This document shows positions 46,298-55,310 of a stretch of DNA of 64,000 nucleotides, in pieces. Position numbers and translations under genes: made by a program. The notes beneath the pieces are model-generated. The model ran no database searches. It was not told where the DNA came from and worked only from the letters and a program-made list of their open reading frames with translations. Location: positions 70,943-134,942 of the forward strand of contig JBGPFC010000007.1 in NCBI GenBank assembly GCA_041483195.1, in the 5' to 3' direction. The stretch is from Candidatus Eiseniibacteriota bacterium (GTDB taxonomy: Bacteria; Eisenbacteria; RBG-16-71-46). Position 1 is the stretch's first letter, and every line of letters begins with the position of its first letter.

Positions 46298-47671
46298 TCA
46301 GTGCGAGGCGGCGGCCTCACCGACACCCAGCCTCTTCAGCGGCTCGAGGAACAGCGCCCGGATCGCCTCGAGCCGCTCGGGGCTTCGCGCCTCGAAGCGC
46401 ACCACCAGCACCGGTTGCGTGTTCGAAGCGCGCGCGAGGCCCCAGCCGTCCCCGAACTCGACCCGAACGCCATCGATGTCGATCACGCGGTAGCGCGACG
46501 CGAACTCGCGTCTCAGCGTCTCGACGATCTCGAACTTGCGGTCCTCCGGGCATGCGAGCCGGGTCTCGGGGGTTGCGAAATAGCGCGGGATGCTGTCGAC
46601 CAGCGCGTCGAAGCTCCGGCCGCTGGCCGCGATGTAACGCAGCAGCCGCCCCGCCGCGAACAGCGCGTCGTCGAATCCGAAGAACCCCTCGCCGAAGAAC
46701 ATGTGCCCGCTCATCTCGCCGGCCAGCGGGGCGCCGGTCTCGTGCAGCCGGCTCTTGATCAGGGAATGCCCGGTCTTCCACATCGTCGCGCGCCCGCCGT
46801 GCGCCTCGATGTCCTCGCGCAGCCCCTGCGAGCACTTCACGTCGAATATGATCTCGCCGCCCGGCACGCGCGTCAGCACGTCGCGCGCGAAGAGCGCGAG
46901 CAGCTGGTCGCCCCACACGATCCGCCCCTGCGAGTCCACCGCCCCGATGCGGTCGGCGTCGCCGTCGAAACCGATGCCCAGCTCGGCGCCGTGTTTCGCG
47001 ACAGCGGCCTGCAGATCCCGAAGCAGCGCGGGCACGGTGGGATCGGGCAGATGGTTCGGAAAGCGGCCGTCGAGTTCCGCGAACAGCGGGATCACGGTGT
47101 GGCCCATCCGTTCGAACACCTCGGGCACCACGGTGCCGGCGCATCCGTTTCCGCAGTCCATCACGACCTTGAGACCGCGCGGGCTCGCGAGCCTCGAGAC
47201 CAGCATCTCGCGGTACGCTTCGAGCACCGGACGGTCGCTCGCGGTCCCCCCTGAGCCGGCGAGCAGGTCGCCGCGCTCGATCCGATCGCGCATCTGCTGG
47301 ATCTCGGCGCCGAACAGGGGCAGCGTCTTCTTGGTCATCTTGAACCCGTTGAACTCCGGCGGATTGTGGCTGCCCGTCACCTGCAGCCCGCCGTCGAGCC
47401 CGCGCGCGACCACCGCGTAGTAGAGCGCGGGGGTCGGCACCACGCCGACCCGCTCGACCGCGAGCCCGCAGGCGAGCGCGCCGCGCTCGACCGCGGCCGC
47501 GAGTCGCTCGCTGCTCGGCCGCACGTCGCGGCCGAGCGCGATCGCGCGGCCGCCCTCGGCCGCGATCAGCGTGCCGAAGGCGCGCCCCACCGCGCTCGCG
47601 GTCTCGTCGGTGAGCTCGGTCGCGTGCAGCCCGCGAATGTCGTACTCGCGGAAGATGTGGCGCGGAATCAT
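46298..47671 (-). CDS. algC: Phosphomannomutase/phosphoglucomutase
   Basis: IFREYDIRG, TGSHNP, FDGDADR, GEMSGH, RASNTQP. Confidence 0.93.
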   Translation of the reverse strand: MIPRHIFREYDIRGLHATELTDETASAVGRAFGTLIAAEGGRAIALGRDVRPSSERLAAAVERGALACGLAVERVGVVPTPALYYAVVARGLDGGLQVTGSHNPPEFNGFKMTKKTLPLFGAEIQQMRDRIERGDLLAGSGGTASDRPVLEAYREMLVSRLASPRGLKVVMDCGNGCAGTVVPEVFERMGHTVIPLFAELDGRFPNHLPDPTVPALLRDLQAAVAKHGAELGIGFDGDADRIGAVDSQGRIVWGDQLLALFARDVLTRVPGGEIIFDVKCSQGLREDIEAHGGRATMWKTGHSLIKSRLHETGAPLAGEMSGHMFFGEGFFGFDDALFAAGRLLRYIAASGRSFDALVDSIPRYFATPETRLACPEDRKFEIVETLRREFASRYRVIDIDGVRVEFGDGWGLARASNTQPVLVVRFEARSPERLEAIRALFLEPLKRLGVGEAAASH

Positions 47672-48775
47672 GGCTTGCTCCGCAGCTTGAGGTACGCGTC
47701 GATGAACGGGTCGAGGTCGCCGTCCAGCACGCGATGGACGTCCCCCACCTTGAGCTCGCTGCGGTGGTCGGTCACCATGGTGTAGGGCTGGAGCACGTAG
47801 GAGCGGATCTGGCTGCCGAAGTCGATCTCCTTCTTCGCTGCGGTGGTCGACATCGTCTTCGACCGCTCCTGCTCCTGGTAGTGGACGAACAGCCGGGCGC
47901 GCAGGATCTTCATCGCGAACTCGCGGTTCCGGTGCTGGCTGCGCTCCGCCTGCGACTGCACGACGGTCATGGTCGGCAGGTGGGTGATGCGCACCGCCGA
48001 TTCGGTCTTGTTCACGTGCTGCCCGCCCGCCCCGCTTGCGCGGAACGTGTCGATGCGGAGATCGGCGGGCCCGATGTCGAGGCGGATGGTGTCGTCCACC
48101 ATCGGGTAAATGAACACCGACGCAAACGAGGTGTGGCGGCGCTGAGCCGCGTCAAACGGCGAGATTCGCACCAGCCGGTGCACTCCGCTCTCCGCCTTCA
48201 GATAACCGTACGCGTACTCACCGTTGATCTCGACCGTCGCGTCCTTGAGACCGGCTTCGTCCCCCGGCTGCAGGTCGAGGATGCTGGTGCTGTAGCCGTG
48301 CCGCTCGGCCCAGCGCAGGTACATGCGGAACAGCATCTGGGCCCAGTCCTGCGACTCCGTGCCGCCCGCCCCGGGATGGATCGAGACCAGCGCGCCGAGC
48401 CGGTCGTGCTCGCCGGAGAGCAGGCTGCGGGTCTCGAGCTCCGAGACCCGCTGCTCGATGCCGTCGAGCTCGCCGGACAGCTCCTTGAGCAGGGTCCCGT
48501 CGCCCTCGCCCTCCGCGAGCTCGAGCAGCTCCGCGAGCTGGGTGAGCGCGCGGTCGCGCTCGCCCCATTCGTCAACGGTGCGCTTCGAGCGCTTCAGCGC
48601 GGCGACGGTGCGCTGCGCGTCCTCGGGACGGTCCCAGAATCCGGGCTCGGCCATGCGCCGCTCGAGCGCGCCCATCTCGCTGGCCCGCGCATCGACGTCA
48701 AAGGTACCTCCGCAGTCCCTCGAGGGTTTCCCGCGTCGCGTCGAGACGTTTTCTCAAATCGGCGGCAGTCAGCAT
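47668..48775 (-). CDS. prfB: Peptide chain release factor 2 with programmed +1 frameshift
   Basis: GAGGTESQDW, SPF, GAGGQHVNKT; 25-codon first ORF from ATG 48775 ending GGAGG-TAC-CTT-TGA-C. Confidence 0.97.
48697..48711 (-). other. prfB +1 ribosomal frameshift site
   Basis: Internal SD GGAGG, 3 nt, then CTT TGA C; the +1 frame continues DVDARASEMGALE into ORF 47668..48675. Confidence 0.95.
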
Positions 48776-48787
48776 GTGTCCCCTTCT

Positions 48788-49447
48788 TCAGGCCCCGGGT
48801 GCGGCTGCGTGTTCGGCCCGCAGTCGCGCGACGGCGTCGCGCGCGCGGGACTCGAGTGTCTCCGGGTCGCCCCGGTTGTCGATCGTGACGTCCGCGACCG
48901 CCTCGTGCACGCGATCGTCGTCCTGCACCGCGAGCCGCGCTCGCGCTTCGCTCTCGCTCCAGTTGCGCCTGCGCATCAGCCGCTCGATCCGCATCGGCTC
49001 CGGCGCGGTCACCGCCAGCACCGCGTCGCATCCGCGTTCCAGGCCCCAGCGCGGCAGCAGCGCCGCTTCGATCACCACCACGCCCTGCCGCCCGGCGGCG
49101 CGGAGCCGATCGAGCGCCTCGCCGATCCGCGCGATGATCCTCGGGTGCACCAGGCGATCGAGCCGCGCGCGCGCGGCGGGATCGTGGAACACGCGGGCCG
49201 CGACCCGCGGCCGATCGAGGCGGCCCTCCGCGCCGTACACCTCAGCTCCGTACTCGGCCGTCAGCGCGGCACGAACCTCGGGATCGTGATCGGTGACCTC
49301 GTGCCCGAGCGCGTCCGCCTCGATCACCCACGCCCCGTCGCGCTCGAGCGCGCGTGCCACCGTGGTCTTGCCGCTGCCCGCGCGCCCGATCAGTCCGAGG
49401 ATGAACAGCCCGTCGCCCGCCGGCGCGCGGCGCGCCCTAGTGGACAT
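48788..49447 (-). CDS. coaE: Dephospho-CoA kinase
   Basis: LGLIGRAGSGKTT, EADALGH, LDRLVHP, IEAALL, ADVTIDN; after polA. Confidence 0.92.
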   Translation of the reverse strand: MSTRARRAPAGDGLFILGLIGRAGSGKTTVARALERDGAWVIEADALGHEVTDHDPEVRAALTAEYGAEVYGAEGRLDRPRVAARVFHDPAARARLDRLVHPRIIARIGEALDRLRAAGRQGVVVIEAALLPRWGLERGCDAVLAVTAPEPMRIERLMRRRNWSESEARARLAVQDDDRVHEAVADVTIDNRGDPETLESRARDAVARLRAEHAAAPGA

Positions 49448-52400
49448 CGAACCAGGTCGGCCCGAGCCCGACCGACACCTCGAGTGGGACGCTCAGCGTG
49501 AAGCATCCTTCCATCTCGGCACGCACCCGCGCGGAGGTCGCGTTCGCATCGTCCGAAGCGCACTCGAGCAGCAACTCATCGTGCACCTGCAGCAGCAATC
49601 TAGCCGACGGATGCGCACGCTTCAAGGCGCGCCGCACGCGGATCATCGCGAGCTTCACCAGATCGGCCGCCGATCCCTGGATCGGCGTGTTGATCGCGGC
49701 GCGCTCCGCGAACGAGCGCTCGCCGCCGTGCTCGCTCGCGAGCTGCCGCAGATAGCGGCGCCGCCCCAGGATGGTCTCGACGTATCCGCGGCGGCGGGCA
49801 TCGACCACGGTCCGGTCGAGGAACTCGCGCACCCCCGCGTACACGCGGAAATAGTGCGCGATGAACTCCTGCGCCTCGGCGAGCCCGATCCCCATCTGCC
49901 GCGACAGGCTGCGCGCGCCCATGCCGTACATCACACCGAAGTTGACCACCTTGGCGCGCGCCCGCAGCGCGGGATCGAGCTCCCCCGTCACCGCGAAGAT
50001 CCGCCGGGCGGTGCTCGCGTGCACGTCCTCCCCGGCCCGGAACGCCTCGATCAGGTTGGGATCGCCCGAGAGGTGCGCCATGACCCGCAGCTCGATCTGG
50101 GAATAGTCGGCGCCGATCAGGGTCGCGCCCGGCGGGGCGATGAACGCGCGGCGGATCGCGCGGCCCTGGGCCGTGCGCATCGGGATGTTCTGGAGATTCG
50201 GATCGCTGGAGGCGAGCCGCCCGGTCGCCGCGCCCGCCTGGTGGAAGGTGGTGCGCACGCGGCCGTCGCGCGGGTCCGCCGCGGCGGGCAGCGCGTCGAG
50301 GTAGGTGGACTTGAGCTTGGTGAGCGCACGGTACTCGAGCAGCTTCAAGGGGAAAGGGTGCAGGGCGGCCAGCTCCTCGAGCACGTCCGAGCGCGTGGAG
50401 AGCGCGCCACCCGGGGTCTTGCCCCCGGCCTTGAGCTGAAGGGTCTCGAACAGGACCCGGGCCACCTGCGTCCCGCTCTCGAGGTTGATCTCCTCCCCGG
50501 CGAGCGCGAGCAGCTCGCCGCGCAGCCGCCCGATCTCCTCCGCCATCTGCGCGCCCATCGCATCGAGCACCGTGCGGTCGATCAGCACGCCCGCGCGCTC
50601 CATCTCGAACAGCACCCGCACCAGCGGGTGCTCGATGCGCTCGTAGAGCTCCCACTGCTCGCGGGCCTCGAGCTGCGCGCGCAACGCGTCGGCGAGCGGA
50701 AACAGCGCGGCCGCGCGCCGCTCGGCCGCCTCGCCGGTCTCGGCCGCCGGGCGCTCGCCCGCCGCCGGCCGCGCCTTCCCGCGTGCCGCGACCGGGGCGA
50801 GCGGGGGCAGCTCGAGCGCGAGCACGTCGCGCGCGAGCGCATCGAGCCCGTGATCGCGCACCGGGTCGCACAGGAACGAGCCGAGGTGAAGATCGAACGC
50901 GAGCCCGCCGAGCTGAAGCCCCAGCCGCTCGAACGCGTGGAGACAGGTCTTCAGATCCTCTGCCACCTTGGGCACGCTCTCGTCCGCGAGCGCCGGCGCG
51001 AGCCATTCGCGGAGGCGCTCCGCATCGAGATTGGGTCCGGTCGCGTGCGCGAGCGGCAGGTAGCAGGTGGTGCCGTCGCGCGCGGCGAGCGCGATCCCCA
51101 CCACGTCGCCGCGGCCGGCTCCGCCCTCGCCGAGCACCGGAAACAACGCGAGCCCGTGCACCGCCCGCGCGCGCACCTCGTGCAGGCGCCCGATCCAGGC
51201 GTCGATTCCGCCGCCGGCCGCGCGCGACGTCGCGTCGGCGCTCCACAGATCGAGCGCGCCCTGCTCGGGCGCGGGAAGGGACGGCGCGCGCGAGGCGGCG
51301 GCGCGCGGCGGCGGCGGGGCGACGCTCGCGGGCACGGGCGGCGCCGGCCCGGCAGGCGGGAGCGCACCGGCTGCCCGCGGCGCGGGGGGCGGCGCGGCGG
51401 GCGGGGCGAGGGCGGCGGGGCGCGGCGACGATTCGGCGAGCTTCACGCCGGGCGCCGCGGTCTCGGCGGCGGTGCCGCGGCGTTCCGCGCTGCGCGCGGG
51501 CGCGGCCGCGCCCGCCTCCGCGTCCGCGACGCCCAGCTCGTTCGCGATGCGCTCCAGGCGCGCGATCTCGTAGCGACGCGCGATCGCGATCAGCGCATCG
51601 CGCCGGACCGGGGCGCAGCGCAGATCCTCCCAGCGGTACGGCAGGTCGAGATCGGTGCGCACCGTGACCAGCTCGCGCGAGAGCAGCGCGCGCTCGCGGC
51701 CCGACGCCAGCTTCTCGCGCAGGCCGGCGCGCGTCACCTGATCGAGACGGTCGTAGAGCGCGTCGATCGTGCCGAACTGGCGGATGAGTTCGACCGCGGT
51801 CTTCTCCCCGACCCCCGGCACGCCTGGCACGTTGTCGCTCGTGTCCCCCATCAGCGCGAGCATGTCGCGCACCTGCTCGGGGGCCACCCCCCACCTGGCG
51901 TGCACCGCTGCGCGGTCCACCCACGTGAATTCCTCGCCGCGCCCGGCCGGCGAGAACAGCCGCACCCGGTCGTTCACCAGCGGCATCATGTCCTTGTCGC
52001 TGGTCACCAGCGCGACCTCGAGACCCTCGCGCTCGCCGCGCACCGCGAGCGTCGCCATCACGTCGTCCGCCTCGGTGCCCGGCACCTCGAGCACCGGCAG
52101 TCCGATCGCGTGCGCCAGGTCTTCGATCGCGGAGATCTGCGCGACCAGATCGTCGGGCATCGGCTTGCGCGTCGCCTTGTACTCCGGATATCGCAGGTGC
52201 CGGAAGGTCGGCCCCGGGCCGTCCCAGGCGAGCGCCCAGTACTCCGGCTTCTCCTCGCGGCGGATCTTGAGCGCGGTCATCGCGAACCCGAAGATCGCGG
52301 AGGTGTTCTCGCCGCGCGAGTTGACGAGCGGCCGGCGGATGAACGCGTAGTACGCGCGGTAGGCGATACCCAGCGCGTCGATCACGAACAGGCGGGACAC
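49437..52400 (-). CDS. polA: DNA polymerase I
   Basis: YRAYYA, EADDV, GDTSDNVPGVPGVGEKTA, TGRLASSDPNLQNIP, DYSQIELR, LQVHDEL. Confidence 0.97.
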   Translation of the reverse strand: MSRLFVIDALGIAYRAYYAFIRRPLVNSRGENTSAIFGFAMTALKIRREEKPEYWALAWDGPGPTFRHLRYPEYKATRKPMPDDLVAQISAIEDLAHAIGLPVLEVPGTEADDVMATLAVRGEREGLEVALVTSDKDMMPLVNDRVRLFSPAGRGEEFTWVDRAAVHARWGVAPEQVRDMLALMGDTSDNVPGVPGVGEKTAVELIRQFGTIDALYDRLDQVTRAGLREKLASGRERALLSRELVTVRTDLDLPYRWEDLRCAPVRRDALIAIARRYEIARLERIANELGVADAEAGAAAPARSAERRGTAAETAAPGVKLAESSPRPAALAPPAAPPPAPRAAGALPPAGPAPPVPASVAPPPPRAAASRAPSLPAPEQGALDLWSADATSRAAGGGIDAWIGRLHEVRARAVHGLALFPVLGEGGAGRGDVVGIALAARDGTTCYLPLAHATGPNLDAERLREWLAPALADESVPKVAEDLKTCLHAFERLGLQLGGLAFDLHLGSFLCDPVRDHGLDALARDVLALELPPLAPVAARGKARPAAGERPAAETGEAAERRAAALFPLADALRAQLEAREQWELYERIEHPLVRVLFEMERAGVLIDRTVLDAMGAQMAEEIGRLRGELLALAGEEINLESGTQVARVLFETLQLKAGGKTPGGALSTRSDVLEELAALHPFPLKLLEYRALTKLKSTYLDALPAAADPRDGRVRTTFHQAGAATGRLASSDPNLQNIPMRTAQGRAIRRAFIAPPGATLIGADYSQIELRVMAHLSGDPNLIEAFRAGEDVHASTARRIFAVTGELDPALRARAKVVNFGVMYGMGARSLSRQMGIGLAEAQEFIAHYFRVYAGVREFLDRTVVDARRRGYVETILGRRRYLRQLASEHGGERSFAERAAINTPIQGSAADLVKLAMIRVRRALKRAHPSARLLLQVHDELLLECASDDANATSARVRAEMEGCFTLSVPLEVSVGLGPTWFDVH

Positions 52401-52409
52401 GGGCCGCCC

Positions 52410-53138
52410 TCAGCCCCGGCGCCGCGCGACCAGCAGCTTGCTCACGACCGGATCGCCGCGCCCAGCGCCCAGCCCGAGCAGCACGCGGTCGAGCGCGAGC
52501 AGCACGCCGGGCAATCGGTTCATGAAGCGCAGCGGGCCCAGCTCCCGGTTGAGCAGCACGTGCGTGGGGTAGAGCCCGCCGATCTCGAGCCCGGCGGCCA
52601 TCAGCAGGCCACGGTAACGCGAGAGCGGCCGCGGAATGTTGTGCGCCGCGATGTCGCGCAGCTCCGAGTAGGTGTCGGTCATCAGCAACAGCCCTCCCGG
52701 GGCGACCGCCGAGGCGAGCGCGCGCACCGCGCGCTCCCAGCGCGCGTCATCGGTGACATGGTAGAGGACGTCGAACGCGTTCACGATGTCGAAGCGCTCG
52801 CCGATCTCGGTCTCGCTCACGTCGGCGAGGAGAAATCGCGCCTGCGGGTGCCGCGCCCGCAGGCGCTCGATCGAGACCGGCGCGATGTCGAGCCCCAGGA
52901 GCCGCGCCCCGCGCTGCAGGTAGTAGGCCGTGAAGAACCCGGTGCCGCAACCGACGTCGAGCACGGTGCGGTCCCTGGGATCGCATCCCGCCTCCCGCAG
53001 CGCGCGGTCGAGCACGCGCCGCCGCAGCGCGTAGCACGCGCGGTTGTAGGCGAGCGGGAGTCCGGTCTCTCCGGTGCCGCGCAGGTCGAAGTGCTCGGAG
53101 AGCCGCTCCTCCCAGAAGCTCTTCGGATCGTAGCTCAC
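52410..53138 (-). CDS. Class I SAM-dependent methyltransferase
   Basis: VLDVGCGTG, GLDIA, FDIVNAFDVLYH, APGGLL; GTG start overlapping the nadD stop. Confidence 0.85.
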   Translation of the reverse strand: MSYDPKSFWEERLSEHFDLRGTGETGLPLAYNRACYALRRRVLDRALREAGCDPRDRTVLDVGCGTGFFTAYYLQRGARLLGLDIAPVSIERLRARHPQARFLLADVSETEIGERFDIVNAFDVLYHVTDDARWERAVRALASAVAPGGLLLMTDTYSELRDIAAHNIPRPLSRYRGLLMAAGLEIGGLYPTHVLLNRELGPLRFMNRLPGVLLALDRVLLGLGAGRGDPVVSKLLVARRRG

Positions 53139-53731
53139 GCCCGCCCCCGGTAAAGGCGGTGTCGCGCGACGTAGCGCGCGACGGCATCGGGCACCAGGTA
53201 GCGCAGCGAGCGGCCGGCGCGCGCGCGCGCCCGGATCGCGCTCGACGACAGATCGATCCCGGGATTGTCGAGCCACACCACGCGGCTCGACCGCGAGCGT
53301 TCGGGCGCGGCGCGGCGCGCGCGCGTTCCGGGACGCGCCGCGACCGCGAGCGTCGCGAGCGCGAGAATGGCGCGCGGCTCGTGCCAGGTGTGGAATTCGT
53401 CGAGGCTGTCGGACCCCATCAGCAGGAAGAGTCGCGCGCGCGGCCGGGCGCGGCGCAGCGCGCGCAGCGTATCGACCGTGAACGACGGGCCGGCGCGCCG
53501 TGCCTCGAGCGTCGAGACGTCGAACGCCGGATTGCCGCGAACCGCGAGGCGCGCCAGCGCCACCCGCACGGCGGCGCTCGACAGCGCGCGCCCTCGCTTG
53601 TGGGGCGGCTGGCCGGCCGGCATGAACAGGACCCGGTCGAGCGCGAGCCGCTCCCGCGCCCATTCGGCGAGCGCGAGGTGGCCGACGTGCGGCGGGTCGA
53701 AGGTGCCGCCGAACAGGCCGATCCGCCGCAT
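53135..53731 (-). CDS. nadD: Nicotinate-nucleotide adenylyltransferase
   Basis: FGGTFDPPHVGH, PPHK, SFTVDTL, MGSDS, LSSSAIR. Confidence 0.96.
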   Translation of the reverse strand: MRRIGLFGGTFDPPHVGHLALAEWARERLALDRVLFMPAGQPPHKRGRALSSAAVRVALARLAVRGNPAFDVSTLEARRAGPSFTVDTLRALRRARPRARLFLLMGSDSLDEFHTWHEPRAILALATLAVAARPGTRARRAAPERSRSSRVVWLDNPGIDLSSSAIRARARAGRSLRYLVPDAVARYVARHRLYRGRA

Positions 53732-54561
53732 CACTGGACGGGTTCGGGCACCCGGTGCGACTCGTGCGCCGGCTTCGCGCGCGCGCGCATGTGCTCGATG
53801 CGCTCGCGCTCGCGCGCGGCCCGCGCGCCGAGCGGTTGCCCAGGGAATCGCGCCTCGAGGTCTTTCAGGCGCGCGATGGCCTGATCGTGGTGTCCCTCGA
53901 TCGCCTCGCACTGCGCGAGCCCGATCCAGGCCTCGCCGGCCACGGGCGTATCGCCGTAGCGGTCGTCGACCAGCTTGAAGTAGACGCGCGCCGGCTCCGC
54001 CAGCAGGAGCTTGAGGTAGAGCCGGGCGGTATCGATCAGCTTGCCCGCGAGGCGCGCGCGGGTCGTCGCGATGCGCCGCTCGGCCTCTGCGTTGAGGCAG
54101 TGGCCGGGGTAGTCGCGCAGATATTTCTGCCACTGCTCGAGCGCCTTGAGCGCGAACTCCTGATCGAAGTCGGGCGGTCGCGCCTGGCCGAACAGCGCCT
54201 CGCCCAGCCGGAATGCGGCCGACCCGCTGGAGTCGCTCTCCGGGTAGTCCCGCAGCAACCGTTCGAAATCCACGCCGGCTTCCGGGAACGCCTTGCTCCT
54301 GAGCTCGCACTCCCCCAGCAGGTAGATGGCCTCGTCCACCTGTGCGCTCCCGGCGTTGTGATCGACATAGGTCTTGAGCAGCTCGATCGCCGCCGACCAC
54401 TGGCGGCGGTCGGCGAGACGGTGCGCGAGCGCCAGGCGCTCGGGCTCGGAGTGAACGGCGGGGATGATGTCGGCCGCGCATCCGAGCGCCGCGAGGGCGA
54501 GCGACACGAGCAGGACGGCCGGCGCATGGACTCGATGGGAGCTGGCCAGCGGCCTCGTCAT
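53731..54561 (-). CDS. bamD: Outer membrane protein assembly factor BamD
   Basis: Lipobox ALGC, TPRs, RPPDFDQEFALKAL..YLRDYP..LAGK..ARLYLK. Confidence 0.85.
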   Translation of the reverse strand: MTRPLASSHRVHAPAVLLVSLALAALGCAADIIPAVHSEPERLALAHRLADRRQWSAAIELLKTYVDHNAGSAQVDEAIYLLGECELRSKAFPEAGVDFERLLRDYPESDSSGSAAFRLGEALFGQARPPDFDQEFALKALEQWQKYLRDYPGHCLNAEAERRIATTRARLAGKLIDTARLYLKLLLAEPARVYFKLVDDRYGDTPVAGEAWIGLAQCEAIEGHHDQAIARLKDLEARFPGQPLGARAARERERIEHMRARAKPAHESHRVPEPVQ

Positions 54562-55310
54562 CACGGCCGGTTCTGGAAGAAGAGCACGATCAGGCCGGAC
54601 ACCACCGCCACCACCACGACCGGCTCCACCAGCTTGCCGAAGTTGCGCTCGGGCACCGCGCTCTTGAGATCGCTGTAGCGATCGTCCTCGACCAGCGGCA
54701 GCTGCGAGCGCGGGAACACGTCGATCAGGTTGTGCCCGGCGTCGCCCACCCACAGCACGCGGGAAGACGCCGCGTCGCGCAGCGAAAGCGAGCCCTCGAC
54801 CAGCGCCTGACGCTCGACCTTCGCGCGGCTCGGCAGCACGTAGCCGCCCACCAGCCGCAGGTAGGTGACGCGCGCGGAGGCCATCTCGTATTCGAGCACC
54901 GGGTCGCCGGGGGTCCCGGCGATCGCGTTCAGGCTGTCGTCGGGAATGAGCGAGCGCCGAATCGTCGCCGTGATGCCGCGGCGCGTCAGCTCTTTCAGCA
55001 CCGCGTGCTCCATCACGAAGTTGAGCGGGTGCGTGGCGGCGGGCGCGAGCACGACGTGCGCGCCGCTGTCGAGCGGCGCGGTCCGCATCGCCCGCTGCAC
55101 CGCCGCGGTCGCGACCATGGCCGTGAGCTGGAGGTTCGTGGCCGCCATGCGGGGGCCGCGCGAGCGCACCAGCGGCGTGATCTCGACCTCGCCCACCGCG
55201 AGTGTCGTGTCGCCTCCCGCCTTCGGACCGCTCGCATACCGGAACTTCTTCGCATGCGCGGGAGCCGCGAGCAGCGACACCAACGCGATGACCGTGAGCC
55301 AGAAACGCAT
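54561..55310 (-). CDS. Hypothetical exported protein with C-terminal TM anchor
   Basis: Signal peptide (AHA), globular middle, C-terminal VEPVVVVAVVSGLIVLFFQNRP; stop/start overlaps on both sides. Confidence 0.75.
   Translation of the reverse strand: MRFWLTVIALVSLLAAPAHAKKFRYASGPKAGGDTTLAVGEVEITPLVRSRGPRMAATNLQLTAMVATAAVQRAMRTAPLDSGAHVVLAPAATHPLNFVMEHAVLKELTRRGITATIRRSLIPDDSLNAIAGTPGDPVLEYEMASARVTYLRLVGGYVLPSRAKVERQALVEGSLSLRDAASSRVLWVGDAGHNLIDVFPRSQLPLVEDDRYSDLKSAVPERNFGKLVEPVVVVAVVSGLIVLFFQNRP

Noticed and set aside
49293..53153. 1286-aa plus-strand ORF
   Set aside because: Antisense shadow of polA and the methyltransferase; Arg/Ala-rich with no motifs, as expected from stop-codon scarcity at high GC
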